A stretch of DNA of 64,000 nucleotides from Podarcis filfolensis (lineage: Eukaryota): NCBI GenBank assembly GCA_964270895.1, contig OZ185439.1; one strand, given 5' to 3'. Below, one piece after another: positions 12,579-26,600 of this stretch; the first letter of the stretch is position 1, and each line of letters starts with the position of its first letter. The notes below the pieces were generated by a model, which saw only the letters and a program-made list of their open reading frames with translations, searched no databases and was not told the origin of the DNA. Position numbers and translations under genes: made by a program.

Positions 12579-14810
12579 TTAAGACCAATCCACACATTCT
12601 AAACCCAAAACCACCAGTCATGTGACTGCTCCACGTGCAATTTCTGAAATATAACTTTGATCACATGGGATCTCCAGGGCAACACACGCCAGAAATGTGT
12701 GATCTAATCATAGGTGCCATCTCCTTGGAGCCCTGGGTACCCGAGCACCCACAAAATTTCCCATATAGGGGCTGGCCACCCACAAAATGTGGGAGCAGGT
12801 GCACAGGCACCACACTCTGTGGAAAGAGTGCAAAGTTCGGGGGAAGGGGGAGAGATGGCGGAGTTCAGGCAGGGGTGGAAGAGAGTGTGGAGTTGAGTGG
12901 AGAGTGCGGAGTTTGGGCAGGAGGGTTCCAGTCACTTCTGCGCCACTGGAGCTCGTGCAAAACCCCGCTACAATGTCATGATGCCACAGCAAGTGTCATG
13001 ACTCCACAGCGTGTGTCTCATGACATCATGGTGTGGGCGGAGCATGCTGGGCACCCAGAGTGTGGGGCCCAAGGCAGCGGCGTTGGACCTAAAGACTGGT
13101 AATCAAACAATTAATAGTATCAGACATTACAGCCTCTGTGTGGAAACCTGTCACAAACAAGCAGACATAGCTACCATAACCTTCTGTTCCAGAAAGCAGA
13201 GCAAGTCTCTTCTAAGCTAGCACCCACATGTTCTGTGTAAAATATAATTTAAAAAAATTTAAAGGGGGAAGGGGAAAACCTGATTGAAATCCTATCATCA
13301 ATTAAAAGGAGAGCAAATTTAATCAATTGGTTAATCTAAGATCAACAATCAGTTGACTAAACAATGCAACTCTAGTTGTTGTTGATATTTAATGAGTTTT
13401 CTACACACTGTTAAAGGTCAGTTGAATGCTTCCAGATTAAGGCCAGAGCTACTGAAAACTGACTGACTGCTGTGTCCTCAGAATGACTTGTTGGGCTTTC
13501 CCAGAGATAACAAAAGATAAGGATCTGGAAGGAGGAAATCAAAAAGGCTGGAGTGCAGGGGGCAAATTTCATCTCTCAGCTTCAAGTGCTGCTTAGCTGC
13601 AGAGAGTCACACTCCTCTGCAGGCTCTATAAATGTCAGGCTGCTTTTCTGAGATTGTCTTTCTGGATAAATAGGCTGAGGTTCCCTATCCTCCCTGTCCT
13701 GCACACCAGTTGGTCTCTCTGAGCTCTGGGGCAAAGCAATTGCTTGCAGGCTTTGAAATATAAAAGGCAGTACATTCAATATCTGCAGCTTAAGGGAGGG
13801 GAAAACCCCAAGAACACACTTCTTTTCTTTATCTCTTTTCATTGCACTTAAACTGTTAAGGGGGGAAATGAAGAACTTTCTAATTCAGTATGTGATAACC
13901 ATCTTCTGGTTTCTATATAAATAAAACCACTTACTATTCCAATAGCATGGGGGAAGGATGACATCTCCACAGCAGAATCATTGTGGCTTTGTCTCCCTTA
14001 ACCTGCTGTGATTTGGGTAGTCTGTTATTTCCCAGCACTGCCTTAACCAATAGTCTGTGTTTCTATAATAAAAACTACAGTTGCTGTTAATAAACATCCC
14101 TTCTGGAAGCCTTTTAAGCAGCTTGCCTGGTGAGTAGAAAAATACAGTGAGTGTAGAACTCAGCTGTACATTATGTAATATTTCAACACACACACACTCA
14201 CTTACTATCACCTCTCCTGCCCCAAACGTGCTTGCAAGACCACAAGTACTTGAAATTTGCCGTTGGTGCACAGTGTCTCCAGTACTGACCTCCCACTATT
14301 TTACTGTATTTTTTAAAAATAATGCTTTTATTGTTAACTGTTCCAGCCTATTTCATATGAAACAATTCGTAAACAAGCCACTTCGTGTAGCTCAGTAGCA
14401 CAGCAAATGCCAGTGCCAGTCAGTATAGACAATGCCAAGCTAGATTGACTAATGATATGACTTGGTATAAGACAGCTTACCATGTCCCGGTGTCTATTTT
14501 TCCATGGATTCCTGTAACTCAACCTAGGCTATAAATTAGCAGAAGCAGGTGCCTGAAGTGCAACATGCAAGACATTGCTCTGTTGTCTAGGCAACAGCAG
14601 AAGGCCATGGGCCTAGTTGTCATTTACCAGACTCACCCAATTAATAGGGTGACCATGTGGCCTCCTTTAGAGAAGACAGTCCCGTCCTAAGAAGTCATAA
14701 AAGCAGGAGTCTTGAAGTTTCCCATCAGCAGTTAGCACCAGGAGAGCAGACTAAGCAGGTGTGCATATCACCTGGCCACAGTCTTCCCTACTGTGGTGAG
14801 ATGAACTGTA

Positions 14811-15036
14811 CAGTGGTACCTCGGGTTACGTACTTAATTTGTTCCGGAGGTCCGTTCTTAACCTGAAACTGTTCTTAACCTGAGGTACCACTTTAGCTAA
14901 TGGGGCCTCTCGCTGCTGCCGCGCCGCCGGAGCACGATTTCTGTTCTCATCCTGAAGCAAAGTTCTTAACCTGAGGTACTATTTCTGGGTTAGCAGAGTC
15001 TGTAACCTGAAGCGTCTGTAACCCGAGGTACCACTG
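14811..15036 (+). mobile_element. Tc1/mariner-type MITE, copy C
   Basis: TA|CAGTGGTACCTCGGGTTAC...GTAACCCGAGGTACCACTG|TA: perfect 19-bp TIR and TA duplication. Confidence 0.92.
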
Positions 15037-15477
15037 TACTTCTGTTTGAATTATTGTTATTTCTAAATGGGCATCTATACATTAGTGTATGCACAGTTTA
15101 TGTAGATCTACATCCGTCCCCCCCCCCACCTTTTGGGGGTGATGTGTAAGTAGCCACCCTAGCAATCAAGAATACACCATTATTAGAAGCGGAATCCAAG
15201 ATTAGAAAGCCAATAGCATTGTCAAAACACCAAAACTGCATAGCAGTACCTCAAGCTCTGAAATTGCCTCAGGAATTTTACTGAAGGGTGGGGTAAAAAT
15301 CCCCTGCATCAATAAATAAAGCCAAGATGAGAATGAAGTCCTACTGTGTTAAATTGGGCTTAATCCTTAATAAGTATAGGCTTGTAGCTTACCCCCTCAC
15401 AACCTGCTACTTCAGCGAGCGCTGTAACTGCAAAGGCTGCAGACTCACTGGTTGTATCCAACTTAGTTCTACTCAGA

Positions 15478-15885
15478 GGCCACATTCACACCATACCATT
15501 TAAAGCACCATGAGACCACTTTAAACGGTCATGGCTTCGCCCAAAGGATTCTGGGAGCTGAAGTCTGTTAAGGGAGGGAGTTGCTGAGAGTTGCTGCTCA
15601 CTTCACAGAGCTAAAATTGTCCTTGTGGTTTAAGAATCAATCCCTCTTCAACACTAATGTCTCACACTGAATGTAACTGATCGATGCTACGCCCCCCCCC
15701 CAAAAAAAGAGAGAAAACAGATACTTTTGTAACCGAACAATATGAAAATTAATTTTTTAAAAACAAAATCAATCCCTCTTTACACAGAACTCTGAGAACT
15801 GCAGGTCTGGGAGGGGAATAGAGGCCTCCTGTTAACTCTCAGAACTGGTGACAGGGGGGAGGGAAGCCGTGAGGTAAATGTGGCC
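15478..15885. mobile_element. Unclassified TIR MITE carrying a nested insertion
   Basis: Termini GGCCACATT...AATGTGGCC; interrupted at 15649-15766. Confidence 0.6.
15649..15766 (+). mobile_element. 118-bp retroposed insert with 14-bp TSD
   Basis: AATCAATCCCTCTT is duplicated at 15635-15648 and 15767-15780; A-rich 3' end; related sequence at 47019-47145. Confidence 0.7.
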
Positions 15886-16778
15886 GAAGTTGAGCCATTG
15901 AAATGAATGTACCAAAGTTAGTCATGGCCATTAATGACCATTAATGTACCAAAGTTGGTCATGATCATTAATTTAAATGGGTCTACTCTGTGTATGGCTA
16001 ACACAACCCATTGCCTGCAAAATTTACTGCATTTTAACGTACAGAAAAGGTATTGTCTTGGCAAAATGCTTGCAGCTTGTGCACTGCAACTGGGAAACAA
16101 ATACTCATTGACTTTTTAAAAAATGGTTGTGCGGAAAGGCCCTTAGAAGGATTCTGAAAGATAGTGTTGAAATATATTAGGAACTAGGATGTCAGTTGCG
16201 AAGTATTCGTTTAACAGCGGCTCTGCTAACCCCTGAGTAAAAGACAGTAAAAGATTTTACTACCACCATATAATGCTGCGTCCCCCTCTTTGCTGTCTAC
16301 AGAGGGCAACAAGATGAATAAATTATCCTATATGAAATCATAAAGAATCCACTTAAAGGGCCATTAGGTGGGAGTTCATTATAAAAAGCATTGTTTTCTC
16401 TGGAAAGTATCCAGCTTTCTTTGACACAGATGCAGAGGATAACGTGACATCATGTCCTAATGTCAACTTCTGCTCTTTTGAAGAAGATACCTTGTTTTCT
16501 GCATTAAAAAGGAAGCACTGCATTAGGAGGGGTTATCTGTTCCCTTGGCAAGAGAACATCAAATCCTCCTTCCTCCATTGGGAGACTCTAAAATAATAGT
16601 CAATACATAAGCACATATAAGCAATTTGTTGGCTCAACAATTCCATCAGTGGCTAATCCTACTTATAAATAAGCCAAGAACTGTTATATTTCACAAAGGT
16701 GTGATTCTTTCAAACAGCATTGAACCTGGGATCCTCAGTAGCTTGTCAGGTTATATCAAGAAATTCATTTCAGCAACA

Positions 16779-17003
16779 CAGTGGTACCTCGGGTTAAGAA
16801 CTTAATTCGTTCTGGAGGTCCATTCTTAACCTGAAGCACCACTTTAGCTAATGGGGCCTCCTACTGCTGCTGCGCCACTGGCGTGCAATTTCTGTCCTCA
16901 TCCTGAAGCAAAGTTCTTAACCCGAGGTAATATTTCTGGGTTAGCGGAGTCTGTAACCTGAAGCGTATGTAACCTGAAGCGTATGTAACCTGAGGTACCA
17001 CTG
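16779..17003 (+). mobile_element. Tc1/mariner-type MITE, copy D
   Basis: CAGTGGTACCTC...GAGGTACCACTG|TA; the left flank has mutated to CA. Confidence 0.9.
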
Positions 17004-18049
17004 TAATGGTCTCAGGGCAAATATGAAGGGTGCATATACTGTATCAATCTTAGTTATAGCTATCAAATGTACAGTTTGTATTTCATGCTCACACATTAAA
17101 TACTTTTAGTGTGTGCTCTTATCTTTGAAAAATCAAGACGTGTTCACAAGCTTTTCTTGGTTCTCTAGCCAGCCAAATTGTACGGCCTCATCCTAAAACC
17201 AACACACTTAATGTAGTTTATATGAACATGAAAATCTTGCAGCATTGACTCTTGACCTTGCAGCTGACCTCCAGATGCAGTGCCCTATAAGTGGACCCAG
17301 GGCCTGGGAAAGAAAAAAATAACAGTATAGTCTCCAAAGTCCCTCAGGCCTCTGTCAAACAATGCTAAGTCTCTGGGGCCTTCCTTGCTTCAGAACGAGT
17401 GAGAATTCTTCAAGGGGTGCCTTGGTGAGTGAGGGACTGTTTCCCTCCCTTTCTGAGCAGAAAGGAAAGGAAAGTTCATGTAAGCTCCAAGACCCCAAGA
17501 TTCACAAAACTCAAAACTGTTGGCTGTGACACTTCTGATTTTGGCTTACAGCAAGGGGAAAATATAGCAGTGCACCCGATTGTTCTTGCTCTCACTATAA
17601 TGATTTAAATCTGTCACAGCCATAAAAGAGACAAAGCTTCAATAAAGCAGCAAATCACTATGTGTGCCTTTGATCATCTGCCATGCAGGTCATAAATCTA
17701 GATGACTAACAAGTGCTAAACTGTTAGACTTTTAACTCAAATATCAACAACTCACAGACTGTGGATCTAGAGGTGTACAGTATAAGTATTAGTGGAAAAG
17801 AAATTCACACATATATTCACACCTTACATGTCCATAGCTGTCCAGGTATGGCAATCACTTACTGAAATTGCCCCTTGACTAGAAAAGTTCATTTCAAACT
17901 ATAGGCTGAAAGCCCATTAGCAGAGATTTGCTATCGACTCCCTCCAGCACAAGGAGGCTAAAATTTGCTACACTATGTACACCCTGCATGACATAATACA
18001 GGGTTGAAGAAAAATATTCATTCCTGGGTCTTATGGCACATGAGATCAC

Positions 18050-18115
18050 AGCCTTGCTGAAACTAAGCAGGTCTGGTCAGTGGCTGGTTGGGCGTCCACT
18101 AGCAACTTCTGGAGG
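18050..18115 (+). mobile_element. 5S rRNA-derived (SINE3-like) fragment
   Basis: GAAACTAAGCAGGTCTGGTCAGTGGCTGGTTGGG resembles the 5S internal control region (GAAGCTAAGCAGGG...TTGGATGGGAG); too degenerate to be a 5S gene. Confidence 0.45.
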
Positions 18116-19089
18116 ACCTCTAAGCAAAGGGTTAAAAAAAGAGGTCTTATCCATGTTCTCCCAATATCTAATCCAAAGAACCCCAACCCTCTGGTGCAGC
18201 TTTTGAGGGTACACAGTGGACTTCAGAGATGAGGAAGGAGATGTTTTGTTACACAAGCAGAAGTCTCACACAAGTGGAACTATAGTACTGGATGCAAACC
18301 AGTATGCGTAGGTCTACTTCTGAAACTGAAACCCAAAGGTTGAATCACTCTTGGGACTTGCTCACAGATCATAAACATAAAAACAGAAGATGGTTTGTAA
18401 TGATTTGTCATCATATCTGCTCCTGTCACTGTTTACCAAAAACTTCTCCTTTCAGGCATTCATATAGTGAGCACATAGACACCTCCCAGATCTGAATGGT
18501 GTGACATTCTACATGAATAGCTTACCACCTGAGAACAGCTGCCACACAGAGCGCTTTAAACATACCTCCATATGTTTGGAAGAAATATATGCCAATATTA
18601 AGGGCGGCTTTTTACCATTTACAAAATATACAAAAGCATGTGTTTAATTAAAAAAATCAAACAAAATGCTGCAAACAGGAAATGGTTTGCAGGTAAAACA
18701 ATAATGTACAAGTAATGAGATAAATATTACAACAATTCAACCCAACAGGTTAAATGCTCATTGGAATAAACATGTCTTAGGTGGGTGCTGAAAAGCTAAG
18801 AGAAAGGAGGCTGACTGGAACTTCCACAGGAGGGAGCTTCATAACATAGGTGGAGAAGGCCCTCACCTACATACCAGAACCTCTGGGGTCGCCTCTCTCT
18901 CTTAAGGAAGTTTCTTTAAATAAGCTTCTGCATCCTACCCAAGCTTTCTCTTTCCAGTAGAGAAAGGCACAAGGTACAATGAAAGTGTATGTTCTGGGCT
19001 TTTTAGAGAAAAGGCAAGTAAGGGGTGGCATGATATAAGTTTATAAACTTAGGTGCAGAGCGGAGAAAGTGGGTAAAAATAGAACTTTT

Positions 19090-19325
19090 GGACATCCAGC
19101 GAAATAGAACATTGGAAGTTTCAGGACAGATAAAAAGTACTTATTCGTGCAGTGCAGTTAAACTATGGCACTCGCTCTCACAGGAGGAAGTGATGCCAAC
19201 CTACTTGGATGGCTTTATAAGAGGATACGACAAATTAATAGAGGTTAATTGGCTATGAGTCATGATAGTTATGTTCTACCTCCACTGTGAAAGGCAGTAT
19301 TCTTTGAATGTCATTTACTGGGAAT
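19090..19325 (+). mobile_element. Degraded CR1 3' end
   Basis: TTCAGGACAGATAAAAAGTAC...TTGGATGGCTTTATAAGAGG resembles the other CR1 3' copies at 50515-50815 and 31790-31985. Confidence 0.6.
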
Positions 19326-19952
19326 TGCATGTAGGTAGAAAGATCAGCAATGGGCAAACTCCATTAACCTCCCCTCTATTAAATGGTAGATATAGGAGAA
19401 GAGATTTCTAATGAAAGAAGGCACAGTTCAAAGAGGAAGATTTTAGAGATGGGGAAATAAATGGCCTTGGTGTAGGGGGCTGAATGTAGTCACATAGCAG
19501 CCATAGGAGATTGGGCAGCCATCACTTGAGCAAACATTAGCTAGACTTTCTGATTACTCAAGCTGAAAGAGCACTTCTTTCCCCCCAGTCATAGAATTGC
19601 AACATATTTGCTATCAAGCTGATAGTAAACAAAGAGACAAAAGAGTGGTGATCTGTAGGTGACATATTTGCATGGTTTGTTTTGAGTAGGTGCTGCTATT
19701 AGTACTTTGTGGGAAACAAAATGTTTTTACACAGGAGGTGGCACGTCACCTTGGAAAGGCACTTTTATAGCCTTGCTGAAGGATGAGTCTTGTGACTAGA
19801 ACTGGACTTGGAAGGACAAAAATCAAGTGTTGACATTCCTGGAGGATTTAGAGACATGTGGCCCTTGCTTGGAGCTCTCTAAGCTCAATGCTCTTATGAT
19901 TGATTGTTTGATTATTTATTTATTTATGAATGATTTTCATTTATAACAAACC

Positions 19953-20011
<59 letters not shown>

Positions 20012-20012
20012 A
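19953..20012. repeat. (AGAA)15 microsatellite
   Basis: Read directly from the sequence. Confidence 0.97.
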
Positions 20013-22228
20013 TTCTTATCTTTCAGTCTTCAACTTCCTTCTCCCTCCTTCTGTGGTTCCATAAATTTGTTCTCTTTCTTTTCCCCTACATATCCCAATT
20101 AACTCTATTTATTTCTTTTCTCATCTATTTCCTATACGTTTTAGAAACTGCAAATTTTTACAATAATCCTGGATTATAGCAGGAATGCTTTTCTGATCTT
20201 AACGTTCACTTTACAAATAAAACACCAATATATACTGTCAGACAGCTACAGAAATGTTGTGTCATCTTGACAAAGTCCAAATTGGAGCATGTCTGCCAAA
20301 AGTGCTGCAAATCTTTGTTTGACTTTCGGTGGCTAATGTTAAGCCAGTGCAAGCAAATTCTGGCCCAGAACTGTAATCTGAAAGAGTATCCTATATTAGT
20401 GGGAATGTTATTCTACTGCTTTATCACCACCACCGTCATCATCTCCACCAACACTAAGCCATTCGGAGGAGGTGGGTTAGGAATCTAAAACATTTATGTT
20501 CATTTCACACTACATTATGAGCTGCTAGTGATTGGTGCAATCTCCATCCTAAATTTTCTATGACTGACTAACTACAGAAAACCAGTTTCCAAGCTATAAA
20601 ACCAAATGCTACTTATTACCTGAGCACACCAAAACAAACACTTTTTCTCTGATAAAGCAACATCTGCTATACCTGTCAGAGCCCTTTGTATCCTTCAGCC
20701 AATCTAATTCCTTTTATTTTCTTACTTGAATGCCTATTCAAACACATCATTGACTTGCAAATCTCCTCATCTGAGAACATTGGCCTAGCACAATTTGGAA
20801 GTGAGTTCTGCAACTCAGGAATGAAGCCAAGGGCTTCAGTTTCCCAGTTCATCAACTTAAAGGTACTTAAATGAGGTGTAATATTTAAATGCAACAAACC
20901 ACAATTTAATACTGTCATAGTTCCTCCTCCTCTTCCACCACCACCCCAGCAACACACAAATATGTCAAGTGGTAATCAAAACCTGGGATCACTCTGATCA
21001 ACTTGGCAAAGTGCAGTCCTCCATCACTAAGGTGCAGGGTAGATGACAGAACTGCTAGAGCCCATGTCTTGCATGCAGAAGGATCAGCCCCTGGCATCTT
21101 CAGCCAAAAGAACATGCAGTAGCAAGGACTTACTGCCCACTGACAGTCAGAACAGACCAGTGGTCTTCAACTGGTGCCTTGAGACCCACTACTGGGTGAG
21201 TTACAGGCTGCATTCACACAGAGACTTACTCCATTTGCCTGATGTTTCCATAACTGTTAATTTCTACATTATATTTGAGCTTTCACATGGTGCAAAAGCC
21301 ACTTCTGGAAATCTAGCAGAATATATAGCATACCTTTCCACATTAATTGCTTCCAGGAAAAAATCTATTTGCAGCCCCCTTAACCCAAAAAATAATGAGA
21401 GTACAGAGACAAATTTTGCGGCATTATATCAGCATTCAATTCTTTCCTGCTGTTATTATGGGGGAATCACGGGGAAACAGAAGCATGCATGTGTGGAAAG
21501 GGTGGAGGAGTAGAGACGGGTGTTTGCTGCTAAGTCACAACTCACCCACTGGTGTAAATGAAATTTAAAGAAACAGGCTGGTGTTATCAGTCAAAACGCA
21601 ATAGGCGCTGGAGTTTGAAAGGAAGGTTAGAAAATGGGACAGAAGAGCTAGCATTATAACCAGTGAAACTAACACAATATTTCCCAGACCTGAATGCAAC
21701 CACAGTCTAACCTAAGATAGGTTATAACCACACAAACATTAAAATTAAGGAATGAGTCCTCAAATGCATGTTTCTGCTGAATGGGGGGCCTGGGTCTAAA
21801 AAGGTTAGAAAGCTCAGTAGTAGACACTGGGCTAGCTGGAACAATGGCATTCCTCAGTGCAAGGCAGCTTCACATGTTTATCACATTGACTCAGACAACC
21901 TTAGGACACCTCTTCAGAATTTCCAGTTAGTGTCCAGTTTCCAACTGAGTCATATTTTAATGCATAGTTCTGCTACATAAACGTGCATACACAAGGGAAG
22001 TAGGGAAAATAGAGAGAGCATTCACTGTGCCTGTCTGTTTTCTGCAAGGACTGAAAAATAACTTCATAGTCCTTCAGTGATTGTGCGACAACTGTTCAAA
22101 TGTCATTAGGCAGGTGGGGGGGGGGTCCTGTTGGCCACCTTGAGGGCTTCTGTGTGGGGAGGAGAAAAAGAATATGCAATTTCCCCTATATATAGCATCA
22201 ACAAATTCTCAAATGGTATGCTCCAGAA

Positions 22229-22363
22229 CAGGCATCCCCAACCTTCGGCCCTCCAGATGTTTGGACTACAATTCCCATCATCCCTGACCACTGGTCCTGT
22301 TAGCTAGGGATCATGGGAGTTGTAGGCCAAAACATCTGAAGGGCCACAGGTTGGGGATGCCTG
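22229..22363. mobile_element. hAT MITE, 135 bp, with perfect 8-bp TSD
   Basis: TIR CAGGCATCCCCAACCT/AGGTTGGGGATGCCTG; TSD CTCCAGAA on both sides; palindromic interior. Older relatives lie near 24120-24250, 25600-25735, 28335-28465, 34795-34938 and 62650-62790. Confidence 0.92.
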
Positions 22364-23064
22364 CTCCAGAATATGCACCCTCTCTAAGCCATGCAGAGAA
22401 TGAAGTAAGTGCATTCATTTATATCCTATTTCCAAATACAGTTCAGACACAGAAGCAAAACTAAAAAGACAAATATGAGGTATGAGACATTCCCATGCAT
22501 AGCTTCACCACTGTTTTGTCATATTTTGAAAAACAATATCACAAGTCTGTTCAGTTGGTGTCTGTCACAACAGGCTTCCTCAGTTATGGACTATCAAGTA
22601 TGTGATCTCTGTTCTCTCGCTTGCATAAAACAACTGAAGCACTCCAACAACTTGTAGATTGCAGGCTGCATTCTAATGGCTCACTTCAGCCTGAGCAGCA
22701 GCAGACTATTTATCTGGAAATGAAAGGACGTGTCCTTTAATCTTTCTGACGGAGATGAAAATCAAATGTTTTAGAAAATTGTTGCTGTGTGACTTTGCAT
22801 GCAGAGCAAAGGGGAAATCCATCTGCACTTCAAGTGTCTATGTGCATAACAGGGAAGGTTTGCTGTATTTATTTCTGCCTCCACCATTTTTTTTTTTTAA
22901 CTACAGTCCTGGTGCTCCTGAAGGAGGGCTGGTTGATGATATTTTCAAGGAATGTCTTACTACTTGGTTCAGAATTGTAGCCTTATCTATACCTGCTGAA
23001 CATGCAAAATTTAGGCTGCAATTCTAAACCTGGGGTTAGGAGCAAAACCGAGGCCTTCCCAATA

Positions 23065-23670
23065 CAGAATAATACCTCTAAGATTGCTGCCTCTGAAGAT
23101 GGTTCAGAGACTGGTTTGTGCAGAATTCGAAAGCAAGTTTGTGCTCCGGGGAAAGATGGTTTGAGCATATTATACCTATCCTGGCTCAACTGCATTGGCT
23201 GCCAATTTGTTTATGGGCCCAATTCAAAATGCTAGTTTTGACCTATAAAGCCTTAAATGGCTCAGGGGAGCAATATCTCAAGGACCGCCTCTCACCAGAT
23301 GAACCGACCCAGACCCTGCAATCATTATCTGAGGTCCTTCTTTGTGTGCCTCCTCCAAGGGGTCCAAAAGGTGGCAACACAAGAATGGACCTTTTCTGTG
23401 GTGGCTACCCGTGTCTGCAATGTTCTCCCCAGGGAGATTCGCGTGGCACCTTCAATACATAAATTTAGGTGCCAGGCCATTTCCCCCCTCTATAACCAGG
23501 CCTTTGACTGATTAGCATTCTATGGCCTTTTTAAAAATAATAATGGGGGGCTATTGGTTTGGTTTTGTTTTATGTATTTTGTGTTCTCATGTTTAATTTT
23601 ATGTTGTGAACAGCCCTGTGATTTTCAGATGAAGGGCAGTACAGTATACAAATTAAATAAATATAAATAA
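23065..23670 (+). mobile_element. L2-clade LINE 3' fragment
   Basis: EHIIPILAQLHWLPICLWAQFKMLVLTYKALNG motif, diagnostic of the L2 ORF2 C-terminus, followed by a TGTGAACAGCCCTG...AATTAAATAAATA tail. Confidence 0.88.
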
Positions 23671-26600
23671 CTAATAATAGACTTGTGTACTTTCAACCAA
23701 AGTCAACAAGCATGCTTTAAATGCATCAGTGAGATCCCTTTTTGAAACCTGGTAGAAGAGAAAACTTATCAGATGAGCAGTTTGCCAAAATCAGGTTTCT
23801 AAAAGAGCACTTCAACGTGCACAAACCAGTTCGTAGTTCACTTGAATACTTAGTGATATAAAAAGGCAGTTGACCTACATGGCATGTAGAGAAATCAGCT
23901 CAATCATGCCAGAGGATCTTGTTACTTCCCTCTGGCTCTCTTTCCTCTCCAATTCATGGACCTCCCTGCAAACCAATCAGCAATAAACATCCCAGTAGCA
24001 GCAGAACATTAGATGAAACAAACTCGCAGTGCAATCCCATTTGCTTGTGCATATATGTTCAAATGATGCTTATAGGACTGCAGCCTACAATTTCCCACAA
24101 TGCCCTGGAGTACCTGACCAAGTGTCCCCAGCCTGGTGCCCTCTAGATGTTTCAAACTTCCATAATCCCTTACACCGTTGACCATGGCAGCTGGGGCTGA
24201 TGGGAGTTGTAGTACAAAACATCTGGAGAGCACCAGGTTTGTAAAAGCTGCTCTGGAACACTGTGGGAAACCTAAAATGACAAACTACTAGACTCTAACT
24301 GGAGGAGAACTACCACCAGGTAAATCCATTAGAGGGCTACCTGCAAGAGAGGAGCTCATTACTGGGTGTTATACTGAGCACCTCCCCACACTCCAGAGTT
24401 GGCTCTCAGCTGTGAGAAAAAGTGTTTGGGGAGAGGGGCTGCAGAGAAGTGCATTACTAGCAGATGGGCTCTGTCCTCCTCACCTGCAAGCCCCTTTTTG
24501 CTTTTGAAATCAGGCGCCACCCCTTCTTTCAACATATGTGACACAAGCCTGAGTAGAAACACGAATTTAATGCTGTCATATCTCATTTGGCTCTGTGTTG
24601 GGAACAGGTGCATTTGCACTAGAAATAAATTATGTAGTTAGCCCTTATTGGGCCTACCTTCAAAGGGCCTGTGGCATGGATTAGTTTGTCCTACTCATCT
24701 GATCTGCACAAGTCCTCCTCAGTTGACTGTACAGTACTCTATTATACCCCTCTGTAGAGTGGATATTGCAAACCATTTGCCCAGCACAAAGGAGGAACCA
24801 GTTTGGACCATATTCTTCACAAAAAGACCCAATGCAGACGCATTATGGCTCATAATGGAAACTCTCTTGCAGATATGTCAAATCCATGGTTCTCAGCAGG
24901 ATATCCAAGCACCTGTTGTTCTTGCTGAAAACAAGTCCCCCCCCCCCAAACATCGTCCAAAGTTTTGTGGACTTTGTACTTGCAGGGAGCCCTTGGGAAA
25001 GTGCCTTGGTGAGAAATCCCATTCTGCTGCAAAGCATTCTGGGCAATATTCTAGGGGCCTAGAGCACATAGTCAAGTTCATGGGGGGGAGGTATCAGCCT
25101 CACTGCTGTCCTGCTTGAACTGACAGCGTGGCATAGAACGCACCAAACATTTTCACACAATTGCACATGAAGCGTTGAGTGAAGCTTGTCCGCCATTCCT
25201 TGGATTCTCTCTGAGGAACGCCGATAAGCTTCTGAGGAACCCCTGGTTCCCTGGAACACAGTGCGAAAGTGCCTGTCACAGAGCGTGAAAGATGAGCCTT
25301 GCTTGCTGAGGCACTCGGCCAGCGTTTTAGTGCCCCAGCTATTTTCTTTCCCATGAGCTGCAAAAAACACAAGAGACTGCAGAAACAAATAACAGAAACT
25401 AAGCCCCTGGGCTCTACAGTCATCCTCTTCCAAGGTCCAAGAACCAAGTGCATCAGAAACAGGTCCTTCCAAAATGATGCAGCCTGGTTACTTGCAGTGC
25501 AATCCTATGCACGTCTACTCAGAAGGAAATCCCATTGAGCTCAATCCCAGGTAAGTGTGCTTAGGCTTGCATCCTTGTAGCACAATTCTATACATCAAGA
25601 GTAGCTAATGTCGTGCCCTCCAGATGTTGTGAACCACAACCCCTGCCAGTCCTTTCCAGCATGGCCAATGCATAGTCAGGGATAATGGGAGTTGTAGTTC
25701 ACAACTTCTGAAGGGCGCCACGTTGGCTACCACTGTTTTACATGTTATCTCAGGAGGAAATCCCACTGTATTCAATGGGTCTCACTCCTTAAAAAGCTGG
25801 TTTAGGATGCAGTGCTATATGCATTTATCTGGGACTAATTCCCTCCAAGTTCAATGGTGCTTATTTTAGAGTATTTTAGAATTGCACTGTTAGTCACTTA
25901 GGTGGGTCATTGCCAAGGATATGCTCAATGGCATCCTGAATCTTTTTCTAAGTGCCTCACATACTTCTGTGTAGGTGAAGAATTCAGGGGAAACAGAATT
26001 GGGGTGATGATATGGATTATTGGGTAGGACAATAATTTGGGGAAATAAATTGATTTAACATTATCATCCATTTATTAATCACCTTCTAAACTACCATCTC
26101 AAGGCTATTTACATACAAGACAAATATGAATTTATCTAGATACAATTTGGGGGGAAGGATGGGGGTAATTGAAAGGAACTGAATTTACTTACAGCAGGAT
26201 CTCTTAGGAAATTAATTGATTCAAAGAGGAAGCAATCTGAGGCAATCGAGGGAGAGGTGCCAATTTACTGAATAATTTATTGGTGTGTGTGATTTGGATA
26301 TCAATTTAGTTGCCTTGCTTTCTTGGACATTTAAATTCTATATCTGTATCTGTACACATGAATTAGTATATGTAAATTTTATGCACATTTGTGCCCATAG
26401 GTCCATGCCCCCCCCTTGCCCCAGTCTTCTTAGCTCTTTGCAACAGCCCTATGCCCTCTCCTAGAAAACACAAGCAAATGAAGTTTTCCTCCCTCTCTGA
26501 AGGCGACAGAACCACTAAGGGAATTGCAGCCTTTTAGAAACAGCATTCTAGACATTGATGTCATCCGAAAGTACAGTTGTAACAAGAACTTCTCTGCTCC

